Below are positions 1 to 9,207 of a stretch of DNA of 33,331 nucleotides, in pieces. Every line of letters begins with the position of its first letter. Position 1 is the first letter of the stretch. Under the pieces are notes generated by a model. The model was not told the origin of the DNA and did not search any database. It saw nothing but the letters and a program-made list of their open reading frames with translations. The DNA is from an uncultured bacterium (GTDB taxonomy: Bacteria; B130-G9). Location of the stretch: positions 62,001 through 95,331 of the forward strand of contig CBDVDH010000005.1 in the NCBI GenBank assembly GCA_965372715.1. The letters are read 5' to 3'. Both the position numbers and the translations under genes were made by a program.

Positions 1-1
1 T

Positions 2-2122
2 GGTGGCATCCTGGCCATTCTCGTCCTTCTGTTCTTCCTCCGAAACGCCCGCAGCACCACGGTAATCGCAAGCGCCATACCCATCTCAATAACCGCTGCA
101 TTTGCGCTGATGTATTTCGCTGGCTTCACCCTGAACATCATGACGCTGGGTGGCCTGGCGCTGGGCATAGGGATGTTGCTTGACAACTCAATCGTCGTGC
201 TGGAAAACATAAGTCGGTTGAGGGCTTCGGGGCAAAGCTCGGAAACGTCCGCCGTCAACGGCAGTGAGGAGGTCACCGGGGCCATAGTCGCTAGCACTTT
301 GACGACGTTGGTAGTTTTTCTACCTCTGATCTTTGTCCGCGGCATGGCCGGTGTGATGTTCAAGCAGTTTTCGTTGGTGGTTAGTTTTGCGCTTCTTTGC
401 TCCCTGGGGGTGGCCGTCACACTGGTTCCAACCCTCTCAGCGCGTGTTCTGCGGTCCGGCTTTCGAGGTTCTGCTGAACCAAGAACCCTTGTGCAGAGGA
501 CATCACTTCTCGGCGGGCGAGTCTTCGATCGCATGGAGGCCAAATACAAGCAGTGGCTTCACTTCGCACTCGACCATAGGGCACTTGTTGTCGTTCCCGC
601 CGCGTTGGCTCTTGTCGCGAGCCTGGTCCTCGGGCGGTTTCTCGGGTTTGAGCTGATGCCCTCGGCTGACGAGGGCGAGGTGCGTGTAAGCGCAGAGGCG
701 GAGGTCGGCACCCGGCTTGACGTTCTCGACGAGAGTTTCCGGAGCATTGAGGAGATCGCGAAGGCCTCTGTTCCGGAGGCCAAAAGCACCGTTGTGACTG
801 TCGGAGGCAGAGGGTGGCATGGGGGAGGCTCCCATACGGCAGACATGAGGATTGCCCTGAAGCCAGAGGCCGAGCGGTCGAGGTCCAGCGAGGAGATTGC
901 GGCGGACCTTCGGAGCAAGCTCGTTGATATCCCTGGGATGATTGTGCGAACGCGGGCAGGGCAGGGTTTGTTCATTTTCCGAATGGCCACAGCTGGTCTT
1001 GAGAGGCTCCAGGTTGAGATAAGAGGCAATGACCTGACCGTCGCGGAAGCTCTTTCTGAACAGGTCAAGCGGATCGTAGAGAAGATAGATGGCGTTACGG
1101 ACGCGAAGCTAAGTCGGGAGTCGGGCAGCCCCGAAGAACTCATCGTCGTCGATCGTCAAAAGGCCGCGGATATGAAGCTATCCGTCTCTCAGATCGCCAA
1201 CATGCTTCAGACAACACTGTCCGGCACCGGAGCGGGCGAATATCGCGAGGGTGGGAAGGAGTACAGGATTCTCGTCCGGATGAAGGACGCGGAGAAACTC
1301 GGACTTGGCGAGATTCTCGATCTGACGCTGCTCAATGCTGATGGTGAGCCGGTCGTCTTACGCAACGTGGTCCAGGCTCAGCCGCGCACTGCTCCTGTGC
1401 AGATAGAGCGCAAGGACCAGGAACGGATTGTCACGGTATCGGCGAACATAAGCGGGCGGGATATGGGTTCGATAGTGGCTGACATGCGCGAGGCCCTCCG
1501 CTCTGTCCCGGTGCCCCCTGGGTTCAGCATCGTTTTTGGGGGCGACTATGAGGAACAGGAAAAAGCATTCTCAGAGCTGTTGCTGAGTCTCGTATTGGCC
1601 CTCGTGCTGGTCTATATGGTCATGGCCTGCCAGTTCGAGTCACTCCGAGACCCATTCGTAGTGATGTTCTCGGTTCCGCTGGCGGCAATCGGAGTCATCA
1701 TAATGCTGTTTTTGACCGGCACGACGTTCAACGTTCAGTCCTTCATTGGCTGCATCATGCTCGGCGGCATTGTGGTCAACAACGCGATCCTTTTGGTTGA
1801 CCATACGAATCTACTTCGGCGTCGGGATGGCATGGCTATGCGAGAGGCAATAGAAGAGGCAGGTCGCCGTCGGCTGCGCCCCATTCTGATGACGGCGATG
1901 ACAACGACGCTTGCCCTCGTTCCGCTGGCCCTCGGGCTGGGTGAAGGCGGAGAGGCGCAGGCGCCGCTGGCCAGGACCGTGATCGGAGGCCTTTTGAGTT
2001 CGACGCCCATAACGTTGTTCTTCGTGCCGATAGTTTACTCAGTCTTCGAGCGTTGGCGGAGTGGTAAACAGGGGAAGGATGAAGGCGGAAGGATGAAGGA
2101 TGAAAAGTGCTCTAATCAGTGA
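2..2122 (+). CDS. RND efflux permease, AcrB/AcrD/AcrF family (5' partial; the frame is open from the window start)
   Basis: Reading from position 2 gives [19 protein letters not shown]..., continuing into RND motifs [26 protein letters not shown] and RLRPILMT. Confidence 0.95.
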   Translation, partial: GGILAILVLLFFLRNARSTTVIASAIPISITAAFALMYFAGFTLNIMTLGGLALGIGMLLDNSIVVLENISRLRASGQSSETSAVNGSEEVTGAIVASTLTTLVVFLPLIFVRGMAGVMFKQFSLVVSFALLCSLGVAVTLVPTLSARVLRSGFRGSAEPRTLVQRTSLLGGRVFDRMEAKYKQWLHFALDHRALVVVPAALALVASLVLGRFLGFELMPSADEGEVRVSAEAEVGTRLDVLDESFRSIEEIAKASVPEAKSTVVTVGGRGWHGGGSHTADMRIALKPEAERSRSSEEIAADLRSKLVDIPGMIVRTRAGQGLFIFRMATAGLERLQVEIRGNDLTVAEALSEQVKRIVEKIDGVTDAKLSRESGSPEELIVVDRQKAADMKLSVSQIANMLQTTLSGTGAGEYREGGKEYRILVRMKDAEKLGLGEILDLTLLNADGEPVVLRNVVQAQPRTAPVQIERKDQERIVTVSANISGRDMGSIVADMREALRSVPVPPGFSIVFGGDYEEQEKAFSELLLSLVLALVLVYMVMACQFESLRDPFVVMFSVPLAAIGVIIMLFLTGTTFNVQSFIGCIMLGGIVVNNAILLVDHTNLLRRRDGMAMREAIEEAGRRRLRPILMTAMTTTLALVPLALGLGEGGEAQAPLARTVIGGLLSSTPITLFFVPIVYSVFERWRSGKQGKDEGGRMKDEKCSNQ

Positions 2123-2154
2123 CTCATCCTTCATAATTCATAATTCAGCCTTCC
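2073..2154. repeat. Inverted pair of degenerate 7-bp tandem arrays
   Basis: Left arm ggaaggatgaaggcggaaggatgaaggatgaa (2073-2104). Right arm tcatccttcataattcataattcagccttcc (2124-2154), whose reverse complement is ggaaggctgaattatgaattatgaaggatga. Confidence 0.75.
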
Positions 2155-3809
2155 GGAGGGGAGCCACCAGGCCTTGTGCAAATCTCCACGCGGTTCGCTG
2201 GTGGCCATTGTTGATCGCTGGCGCCTATTTCCTTTTCGCGGAGCTTGCCTTCTCAGAATCGGAGGGACCCGGTCGATCGCTGCCCGTCAGCGACAGCCCA
2301 ACGCAGGTCTTTCAAGTGAATCCAATTGCGACGACCTCAGCTCTTGATATCTACCTGATGCCCGCGCCTACGATTGCCGCCCAGCGTCCCAAGCTTGAGC
2401 TTACCGTGAAGGACGCGATATTAATGACGCTCGAAGGGAATCCCTCGTTCAGATTAGAGCGGGTGAACGCTGCAATCAGTGAGACGCTCGAGGCGCAGGA
2501 GCGATCCGAGTTTGACCCGCAATTGAGGGCTGGCTATTTGGCCTCACGCAAGCGTGACAGAGGGGGATCAACTTCTGAAGAGGGGATTGATGGGACGAGG
2601 ACCAGCGAAACAAGCGCCGATGTAGAGATTTCTGAGTTCTTGCCCACCGGTACCGAGGTCAGCGCGGGCGCCTCTTTTGATCGCTCGTGGTCTGATCTTT
2701 ACGGCGATCAACACACGACTAGGGTGGGCCTTACAGTTACCCAGGCCCTGTTGAAGGGCGCTGGACTGGCCCCGAACCTAGCCAACCTCCGTCAGGCCCG
2801 GCTGGATGCGCTCGCCTCGCTTTACGAGCTTCGCGCTTTTGCAGAAGCCCTTGTCGCGCAGGTTGAGGGCACCTATTGGGACTTCGCGCTCGCGCAGCGC
2901 GAGATTGAGATATTCACAGATTCGCTGCAGCTGGCCCAACAGCAGTTGAAGGAGACCGAGGAGAGAATCGCGCTCGGGTTGCTGGCGGAAACCGAACTTG
3001 CCGCAGCCAAGGCCGAGGTGGCGCTTCGCAGGGAAGACCTGATCAACGCGCGCAGCACACTCGAGGTGACCCGTCTGCGCCTGCTGAGGTTGACCAGCCC
3101 GCCAGGGCCGAGCCCCTGGAACCGGGAAGTACATATCAAGAATATCCCTGCGGTGCCGGAAGTGCAGCTTGATGGGGTCGAGGCGCACATTGAGGTTGCT
3201 CTGAAAATGCGGCCGGACCTTAATCAAGCCCAGCTCCAGCTCGAACGTGGCGACCTTGAGATTGCGAAAACGAGAAACGGCCTTTTGCCAAGACTCGACC
3301 TGTTTATTGGCCTCGGGAAGACGGGTTATGCCAACTCGTTCAAGGATTCGGTCGAGGACCTTGATGGCAAGCGTTACGACATACTTGCTGGGGTGAATCT
3401 GGAATACTCCCTCGGTAACCGGGAAAACCGCGCCATTCACCGGCGGGCGATACTCAGTCGCAGGCTGGCCAATGAGGCGATCGAGAACCTGACTCAGCTG
3501 ATCCAGTTGGACGTGCGCTCGGCATATATAGAAGCGAATCGATACAAGGAGCAAGTCGCTGCTACCTTCGCCACACGCCAACTTAAGCAGGAGGCCCACA
3601 GAGCTGAGGTGGAGAAATTCCGGGTCGGCAAATCAACCTCGTTCCTGGTGGCGCAGGCTCAGCGCGACCTCGTTGCCAGTCAGATATCGGAGATAAGCTC
3701 AGTGGTAAACTACTTGAAGGCGCTTGTTGATCTTTATCTGCTTGAGGGCTCATTGCTGGAAAGAAGAGGGATTTTGGTCCCCGGCAAGGAGGCCGTTGAC
3801 CTGGGGTAA
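2100..3809 (+). CDS. TolC-family outer membrane efflux protein (start uncertain)
   Basis: Follows the RND gene. Has a hydrophobic signal-like segment (RWWPLLIAGAYFLFAELAFS), OEP-type helical repeats, LLPRLDL and EKFRVGKSTSFLVAQAQRDL. Confidence 0.9.
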   Translation: MKSALISDSSFIIHNSAFRRGATRPCANLHAVRWWPLLIAGAYFLFAELAFSESEGPGRSLPVSDSPTQVFQVNPIATTSALDIYLMPAPTIAAQRPKLELTVKDAILMTLEGNPSFRLERVNAAISETLEAQERSEFDPQLRAGYLASRKRDRGGSTSEEGIDGTRTSETSADVEISEFLPTGTEVSAGASFDRSWSDLYGDQHTTRVGLTVTQALLKGAGLAPNLANLRQARLDALASLYELRAFAEALVAQVEGTYWDFALAQREIEIFTDSLQLAQQQLKETEERIALGLLAETELAAAKAEVALRREDLINARSTLEVTRLRLLRLTSPPGPSPWNREVHIKNIPAVPEVQLDGVEAHIEVALKMRPDLNQAQLQLERGDLEIAKTRNGLLPRLDLFIGLGKTGYANSFKDSVEDLDGKRYDILAGVNLEYSLGNRENRAIHRRAILSRRLANEAIENLTQLIQLDVRSAYIEANRYKEQVAATFATRQLKQEAHRAEVEKFRVGKSTSFLVAQAQRDLVASQISEISSVVNYLKALVDLYLLEGSLLERRGILVPGKEAVDLG

Positions 3810-4031
3810 TCGGGACAGTAGTTCATGGGGCTGAAGGCACTGGATGTTGCCCCAAAGAAGCGCCAGGCTCACGAGGGGCATACTGCAGACCTGAGGAGTG
3901 CTGGGGCGGCGAAGACCAGTGAGCGAGGGAGTCTCGCGGGCCGAATGCGCCGGGTCGTCCTAAGGAACGGCAGGCGCGCTGGAGACACGGCCTCACAACG
4001 TCGCTTCAATGAGAAGCATCAGCATGGGTAT

Positions 4032-4085
4032 CTTACTGTGGGTCATGCCGAGAGCCTCATCGGCCTGATAAGTGACTTCAAAGCT
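4032..4085 (+). pseudogene. Possible remnant of a methyl-accepting chemotaxis protein C-terminus
   Basis: LTVGHAESLIGLISDFKA resembles MCP C-terminal ends (..qAeeLqelvsrFk) and lies upstream of cheD. Short match only. Confidence 0.3.
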
Positions 4086-4217
4086 GTTCTCCGATCTGTT
4101 TATATTAAGAGTGGTTTGCTGGTGCGAAGCGTTGGAAAACTCGTCTGCGAGGCGGCCGTATGACAGCAGTCTAGAGCTAGAAATCTGCGGTTCAATCAAT
4201 AGTGGAATGAGAACTCG

Positions 4218-4694
4218 ATGAAGCGAATTGTTGGCATATCAGAGATGATCGTCTCAAGGGACCCGAAGGACATCCTGATCACTTATTCTCTCGGGTCCTG
4301 CATCGGCGTAACGGTCTATGACCCTGAATCGATGGTTGGCGGATTAATTCATTGTATGCTGCCGCTTTCCAAGATCGACCCGGAGAAAGCCCGCAGGATA
4401 CCCTGTATGTTTGTAGATACAGGGATACCAGCGCTGCTTGACCGGATGTTCAAGGAGGGCGCCGAGAGGAGTCGCCTCATCACTAAGGTGGCAGGTAGCT
4501 CAGAGCTGATGGACGAGAAGAAGATATTCAAGATCGGCGAGCGCAACTATGCTGTGCTCAGGAAGCTGCTCTGGAAGAACAGTGTTTTGATCGATGCGGA
4601 GCATGTGGGCGGGCAGATATCGCGGACCTTGAGCCTTGAGCTTGCCACTGGCAGAACGACAATCAAGTCGAAGGGCAAGGAGTGGGAGCTATGA
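4218..4694 (+). CDS. cheD: Chemoreceptor glutamine deamidase CheD
   Basis: Motifs TYSLGSCIGV, GGLIHCMLP, IGERN and EHVGG; 158 aa. Confidence 0.93.
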   Translation: MKRIVGISEMIVSRDPKDILITYSLGSCIGVTVYDPESMVGGLIHCMLPLSKIDPEKARRIPCMFVDTGIPALLDRMFKEGAERSRLITKVAGSSELMDEKKIFKIGERNYAVLRKLLWKNSVLIDAEHVGGQISRTLSLELATGRTTIKSKGKEWEL

Positions 4695-5551
4695 CGCGCA
4701 GGGAAGAAATACTTAAGGCCATAGACGACTTCCGGGCGCCTTCGACCTCTGCTGTTCAGCTGATGAGTATCTTGAGGGACCCGGACGCTGACACTGACAA
4801 GACCATCCAACAGATTCAATACCAGGCCGACCTGAGCGCGCAGCTCTTGCGCTTTGCCAATTCCGCTGCTTATGGAGGAGCTGGCACTATTCGGTCGGTT
4901 AGGGAGGCATTCGTGTGCCTCGGAACGGCCAAGATACTGGAGATCGTTACGATGGCTTTTGCGCACGGCACGATGCAGGCCCCTGTCGAGGGGTATGGTT
5001 TAGGCCGAGGCGACCTATGGGAGCACTCCATTGCGGTTGCCATAACGGCTGAAGAAATCGCCAGGGCCCTCAAGATTCGTGCGCCTGACGTGACGTTCAC
5101 AGCCGCGATACTCCACGACATCGGAAAGACAGTGTTGGGCTCATTTGTCGCTGAGAAGATCGCTCAGATAGAGGAAAGGCTCCTCGAGGTCGGTGGCGCA
5201 TTTGACGATGAGGAGAGAGAGGCTTTGGGGGTCGATCATGCTGAAGTCGGAGCGATCATTCTCAAGAAGTGGGAGCTCCCGGCGGAACTGGTTGACACTG
5301 TGAGGCGCCACCACAGGCCGGGGCACGGAACGGTTGACCAACTCACGACGGACATCGTTCACGTGGCCGACGCGCTTTGCCTGAGCGGAGGCCTCGGGAC
5401 GGGTCACGACGGGCTCCGGTATCGACCCTCGAAGAGTGCCTTGTCCCGGCTAAAAATCAACATTCACGTGCTCGAGTTGGCCGCCTGCGAGGCTGCGACC
5501 CGAATTGTTGAAGTCAAGAATCTCTTCGCTGATAACAAGAAAGGAAGGTAA
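4691..5551 (+). CDS. HDOD domain protein
   Basis: Motifs LLRFANSAAY, LWEHSIAVA, LHDIGK, DHAEVG and W.LP..L...VRRHH. ATG 4691 overlaps the cheD stop (ATGA). Confidence 0.9.
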   Translation: MTRREEILKAIDDFRAPSTSAVQLMSILRDPDADTDKTIQQIQYQADLSAQLLRFANSAAYGGAGTIRSVREAFVCLGTAKILEIVTMAFAHGTMQAPVEGYGLGRGDLWEHSIAVAITAEEIARALKIRAPDVTFTAAILHDIGKTVLGSFVAEKIAQIEERLLEVGGAFDDEEREALGVDHAEVGAIILKKWELPAELVDTVRRHHRPGHGTVDQLTTDIVHVADALCLSGGLGTGHDGLRYRPSKSALSRLKINIHVLELAACEAATRIVEVKNLFADNKKGR

Positions 5552-5552
5552 G

Positions 5553-5666
5553 ATGGCATATAATATCCTCGTCGTTGACGATTCGGCCATAGTGCGCAAG
5601 ACCCTCAGTGACGGACTATCCCGTGACCCACAGATAGAAGTTGTGGGGATGGCCCCTGGAGGCTAG
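5553..5666 (+). pseudogene. Truncated chemotaxis receiver domain (CheB/CheY-like N-terminus, 37 aa)
   Basis: Translates to MAYNILVVDDSAIVRKTLSDGLSRDPQIEVVGMAPGG*. Begins 1 nt after the HDOD stop, with aaggaagg upstream, and ends before the phosphoacceptor Asp. Confidence 0.8.
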
Positions 5667-5687
5667 GTCATAAGTCGTTGCGGTTGT

Positions 5688-5795
5688 GTAGGGGCGTGGT
5701 CTGAAGACCCGCCCTTTCGAATTGATGGTCGCATAAGATGCCTCGTATCCGCAGGGATTGATGTAGGCGGGCGGGTCTGAGACACCGCCCCTCCA
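5688..5795. repeat. Inverted pair of REP-like palindromes (REPIN-like)
   Basis: GTAGGGGCGTGGTCTGAAGACCCGCCCT at 5688-5715. The reverse complement of 5769-5795 is TGGAGGGGCGGTGTCTCAGACCCGCCC. Confidence 0.7.
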
Positions 5796-5969
5796 GACCG
5801 ATTCCGACAATCGCGTCGCGAATGAAAACCGCCGCGTTGATCTTGACGATATGATCCTTTCGATCTGATTGCTCCGTCCATCGTGGGCCAGTTGACAACA
5901 TCTGCGGCGAGTGGCAGTTTCCGCGAGGAGAGATAGAACTGCACACGTGAATGACAAGGTGCTAAACGG

Positions 5970-6323
5970 ATGAGCGAAGCCGGACAAGAACAGCGCCCGT
6001 GGGGCCACTTCGAGGTATTGCTTGATGAGCCAGGCTATAGGGTCAAGCGAGTTGTTGTGAAACCAGGCGAGCGGCTCAGCCTTCAATTCCATCGGCACAG
6101 GTCCGAGCATTGGCATTTTGTCTCTGGTAGCGGGCTGGCTGTGGTCAACGATGAGACAACATTCGTTCGGACGGGGACATCTCTAGACATCCCACAGGGG
6201 TGCCGGCACAGACTGGAAAACGATGGCGAGGCGCCTTTAGTGCTCGTCGAAATACAGTGCGGTGACGTTCTGGACGAAGACGATATAGTGCGGCTTCAGG
6301 ACGACTATGGTAGAGGCAGCTGA
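5970..6323 (+). CDS. Cupin, phosphomannose isomerase type II C-terminal domain (stand-alone)
   Basis: Motifs RPWGHF, VKRVVVKPGERLSLQFHRHRSEHW, HRLEN and EIQCG..L.EDDIVRLQDDYGR. Confidence 0.9.
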   Translation: MSEAGQEQRPWGHFEVLLDEPGYRVKRVVVKPGERLSLQFHRHRSEHWHFVSGSGLAVVNDETTFVRTGTSLDIPQGCRHRLENDGEAPLVLVEIQCGDVLDEDDIVRLQDDYGRGS

Positions 6324-6519
6324 GGCGTGCGCGTTCCCGGAGAGACAGTCGAAAGTCAGAGAGCGGGCCGGCCAGCCAGCGCTTCGCGGCGCCTAAGTCC
6401 TGAGTTGTGGGACCCAAGGCCAAGTATGTCGAGGAATAGCGGTGCCTCCCCCTTTTTCCCTTTCGCCTTTTTTCCTTTTCTCCCGTTTCCGCCTCGCGGA
6501 AACTCCTCTTGCATAGAGC

Positions 6520-6549
6520 TTGACTCCGCCGCGTTGTGCGTGTTATTGT
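6520..6549 (+). promoter_or_regulatory. Candidate sigma70 promoter for the redox/sensory operon
   Basis: TTGACT (6520-6525), 18-bp spacer containing an extended TG (6541-6542), then TATTGT (6544-6549), about 80 bp before ATG 6629. Confidence 0.4.
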
Positions 6550-6628
6550 GCGTCGGCCTCGTCACGGGGACGGGTTCTTGCTGGATAGCGTGTTTTGGAG
6601 ATGTTTTAGTCAAAGGGGATTTAGTCGT

Positions 6629-7075
6629 ATGAGCCAGCGTGGATTTGATGAGATAATCGAGGACTACGACTGCAAGAGGTCATCGCTTATCGCGATACTC
6701 CAGGATATTCAGTCTGAATTCAGGCACCTGCCTGAGGAGGCCTTGCGTCGAGTGGCGCAGCGGCTGAATATGCCGCTATCAGAAGTTTATTCCACCGCGA
6801 CATTCTTCAAGTCATTCAGCCTTACGCCTCGGAAGCCCACCGTTTGCATTTGCTTGGGAACGGCCTGCCACGTAAGAGGCGCTAGCCTCATCCTTGCGGA
6901 GGTCGAGCGGCGGTTCGACTCATCTGATTGGTTGATGGATAACTATCAGATTGAGTCGGTGAATTGTCTCGGCGCCTGTGCGCTTGCACCGATAATTGTC
7001 GTTGAGGGGAAGTATCACGGCCACATGACGATTAAGAAGCTCGACGACGTCCTGCCCGTGGAAACGGCTGAATAA
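6629..7075 (+). CDS. NuoE/HydC/HndA-like [2Fe-2S] subunit (copy 1)
   Basis: Motifs LIAILQDIQ, VYSTATFFKSF, CLGTACHVRG and CLGACALAP. ATG 6629 follows aagggg. Confidence 0.92.
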   Translation: MSQRGFDEIIEDYDCKRSSLIAILQDIQSEFRHLPEEALRRVAQRLNMPLSEVYSTATFFKSFSLTPRKPTVCICLGTACHVRGASLILAEVERRFDSSDWLMDNYQIESVNCLGACALAPIIVVEGKYHGHMTIKKLDDVLPVETAE

Positions 7076-7090
7076 CTGTATTGAGATCAA

Positions 7091-7444
7091 GTGCGCTTAG
7101 AAGAGATAGTTGAAGCTATCGATGTTGAGGTCCTGGTAGGAGAGGAGTGGCTCCCGAAAAGGGAGATAACGACAGTCAGCGCCTGCGACCTCATGAGCGA
7201 CGTGTTGGCCTTTGCCAAGCCTGGGATACTCCTTGTAACTGGCCTCACCAATTCGCAGGTGGTAAGGACCGCTGCAATAGCACAGCTCCCGGGAGTAATC
7301 ATCGTTCGGGGCAAACGACCCGGCGCCGACACCATCGAGCTGGCAAGAAAGATGCAGGTTCCACTGCTGAGCACTTCGATGCACATGTTTGAGCTGTGTT
7401 CGGAGCTGGCCAAGATAGGGCTTGTGGGCACAGGTTCTGGATGA
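7091..7444 (+). CDS. DRTGG domain protein
   Basis: ACDLMSDVLAF, LLVTGLTNSQVVRTA, VRGKRP. Confidence 0.88.
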   Translation: MRLEEIVEAIDVEVLVGEEWLPKREITTVSACDLMSDVLAFAKPGILLVTGLTNSQVVRTAAIAQLPGVIIVRGKRPGADTIELARKMQVPLLSTSMHMFELCSELAKIGLVGTGSG

Positions 7445-7460
7445 TCTCGACCCCCGGGTG

Positions 7461-7919
7461 ATGAACGACGAGGTAGTCTTCAGCCAAGAGTTCGAGGTCG
7501 AGGGTGGGGACTATGTCACGGGCGGCGAATCGTCGTGCCGAATACTGGAAATCCTCAAGGAGCTCGCATTCCCTCCTGCTATCGTGCGCCGCGCCGGCAT
7601 TGCCGCTTACGAGGCAGAGATGAACATCGTGATGTATGCCGAGCAAGGGCAGATTAATCTGACCGTTACACCCGACCGGATAGTGATCGTAGCAGAAGAC
7701 CGGGGTCCAGGAATAGAGGACATAGACTTGGCAATGCAGGAGGGCTATTCCACCGCTACTGATGAGATAAGGGAGATGGGATTCGGCGCGGGCATGGGGC
7801 TTCCTAACATAAAGAAGAACAGCGACGACATGGAGTTAAGCTCCACCGTAGGCGAGGGAACAAGAGTTCAGATTGTGATTAGGGCGAACCACGAAGGGAC
7901 AAGCAGTGAAGCCGCCTGA
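7461..7919 (+). CDS. RsbT-like anti-sigma factor / Ser-Thr kinase (HATPase_c)
   Basis: Motifs YEAEMNIVMYA, DRGPGIEDIDLAMQEGYSTA and MGFGAGMGLPNIKK. Start set at ATG 7461. Confidence 0.88.
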   Translation: MNDEVVFSQEFEVEGGDYVTGGESSCRILEILKELAFPPAIVRRAGIAAYEAEMNIVMYAEQGQINLTVTPDRIVIVAEDRGPGIEDIDLAMQEGYSTATDEIREMGFGAGMGLPNIKKNSDDMELSSTVGEGTRVQIVIRANHEGTSSEAA

Positions 7920-9207
7920 TCACGCGCTCAGAATTGACGAGGCGCGGTGCACAGGGTGCGTTGAGTGCACGAAGGCTTGCCCCGCGAAGGCGATTCGAGT
8001 CAGGAATAACGTCGCGCGGATTCTGCCTGAAAGGTGCATTGATTGCGGCGAGTGCTACCGCGTATGTCCGCAGCGGGCTATCGTGCCTGTTACCACAACC
8101 TACACAGACCTGAGCGCGTTCAAGTATAAGGTTGTCCTTCCCTCCCCAGCGCTCTACTCGCAATTTGGGCCGAATACGCTGCCCGAGAATGTTCTCCATG
8201 CGCTTCTCTCACTTGGGTTCGACCTCGCGTACGACAAGGCCTATGCGTGCGAGATGGTCTTTCGAGAGGTTAAGGACTACATAGAGGAGAACTACTCAGG
8301 AGAGCCGTTCATCTCACCGGTTTGCCCAGCGGTTACGAGGCTTGTCCAGCTTATGTTCCCTGACCTGACGGAGCTGATTCTGCCGTTCCGCCCTCCCAGG
8401 GAGGCTGCTGCAAAGGCAATCAAAGGGGATGTGAGCAGAAGGCTTAATATCCCGGCAGAGGAGATAGGCGTAATTCATATTACTCCTTGCTTGGCCAAGC
8501 TGGCTGCCATGATTAACCCTCCGACTGGGGAGAGGCCTTATTTGGACGGCGCGGTTGGCATCTCGGAGGTCTATGGGCAATTGCTGACGGCCCTGAAACA
8601 GACGAGCAAAGAAGCAGACTCAGAACTGCTGCACAGGTCATCCGGCATCGGCATTGGGTTTGGTAGGGTTGGCGGAGAAGTCGCGGATTTGGGTTTTGAG
8701 GAGAGTCTGGCCGTGTCTGGCGTAATGGACACGATCAGCATTCTCAGGGACGTGGAGCGGCGCAAGCAGCGGCACATCAAGTACTTGGAGTGTCAGATTT
8801 GCCCTGGAGGCTGCATAGGCGGCCCGCTGACTGTCCAGAACCGTTACGTCGCCAGCGATACGATCAGCAAGTTTGTGAAGTTGTTCGGCTCCAAACCCAA
8901 GGTGGAAGATATGATGAAATCCGGAGAGGACGAAAGAACGCACTTCCGGCTTTCGAAGAGTATTCTGCCAGCCGCCATTCCTCCCCTGGATACGGACACC
9001 TCGTTTGCCATCGGCAAGATGAGGCTCAGGGAAGAGATATTCCGAAAGCTGCCGGGCAAGAACTGCGCAGCGTGCGGGGCGCCGGACTGCTTGACGCTGG
9101 CCGACGACATCGTTCGGGGGCTTGCCAAGATAGAAGATTGTGTTTTCATAAGGGCGGATAGAGGCAGTGGACAAATGCAAGCAGTTAAGGCATCAAAGAG
9201 ACGATGA
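7906..9207 (+). CDS. Divergent [FeFe]-hydrogenase-family protein, sensory group C/D-like (2x[4Fe-4S], H-domain, C-terminal FeS domain)
   Basis: N-terminal CTGCVECTKACP and CIDCGECYRVCP. H-domain motifs SPVCPA, TPCLAK and ECQICPGGCIGG. C-terminal LPGKNCAACGAPDC...EDC. Confidence 0.85.
   Translation: MKPPDHALRIDEARCTGCVECTKACPAKAIRVRNNVARILPERCIDCGECYRVCPQRAIVPVTTTYTDLSAFKYKVVLPSPALYSQFGPNTLPENVLHALLSLGFDLAYDKAYACEMVFREVKDYIEENYSGEPFISPVCPAVTRLVQLMFPDLTELILPFRPPREAAAKAIKGDVSRRLNIPAEEIGVIHITPCLAKLAAMINPPTGERPYLDGAVGISEVYGQLLTALKQTSKEADSELLHRSSGIGIGFGRVGGEVADLGFEESLAVSGVMDTISILRDVERRKQRHIKYLECQICPGGCIGGPLTVQNRYVASDTISKFVKLFGSKPKVEDMMKSGEDERTHFRLSKSILPAAIPPLDTDTSFAIGKMRLREEIFRKLPGKNCAACGAPDCLTLADDIVRGLAKIEDCVFIRADRGSGQMQAVKASKRR

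Noticed and set aside
2778-3599. 273-aa antisense ORF
   Set aside because: Fully antisense to tolC; no motifs.
3825-4163. 112-aa ORF as a real gene, or a c-di-GMP riboswitch upstream of cheD
   Set aside because: Low-complexity Arg/Ala-rich translation apart from a short MCP-like patch; no GEMM-type consensus visible by eye.
6327-6632. Small ORFs on both strands between the cupin and NuoE
   Set aside because: They arise from the pyrimidine-rich tract and promoter region (FFPFAFFPF / KGKKAKGKK).
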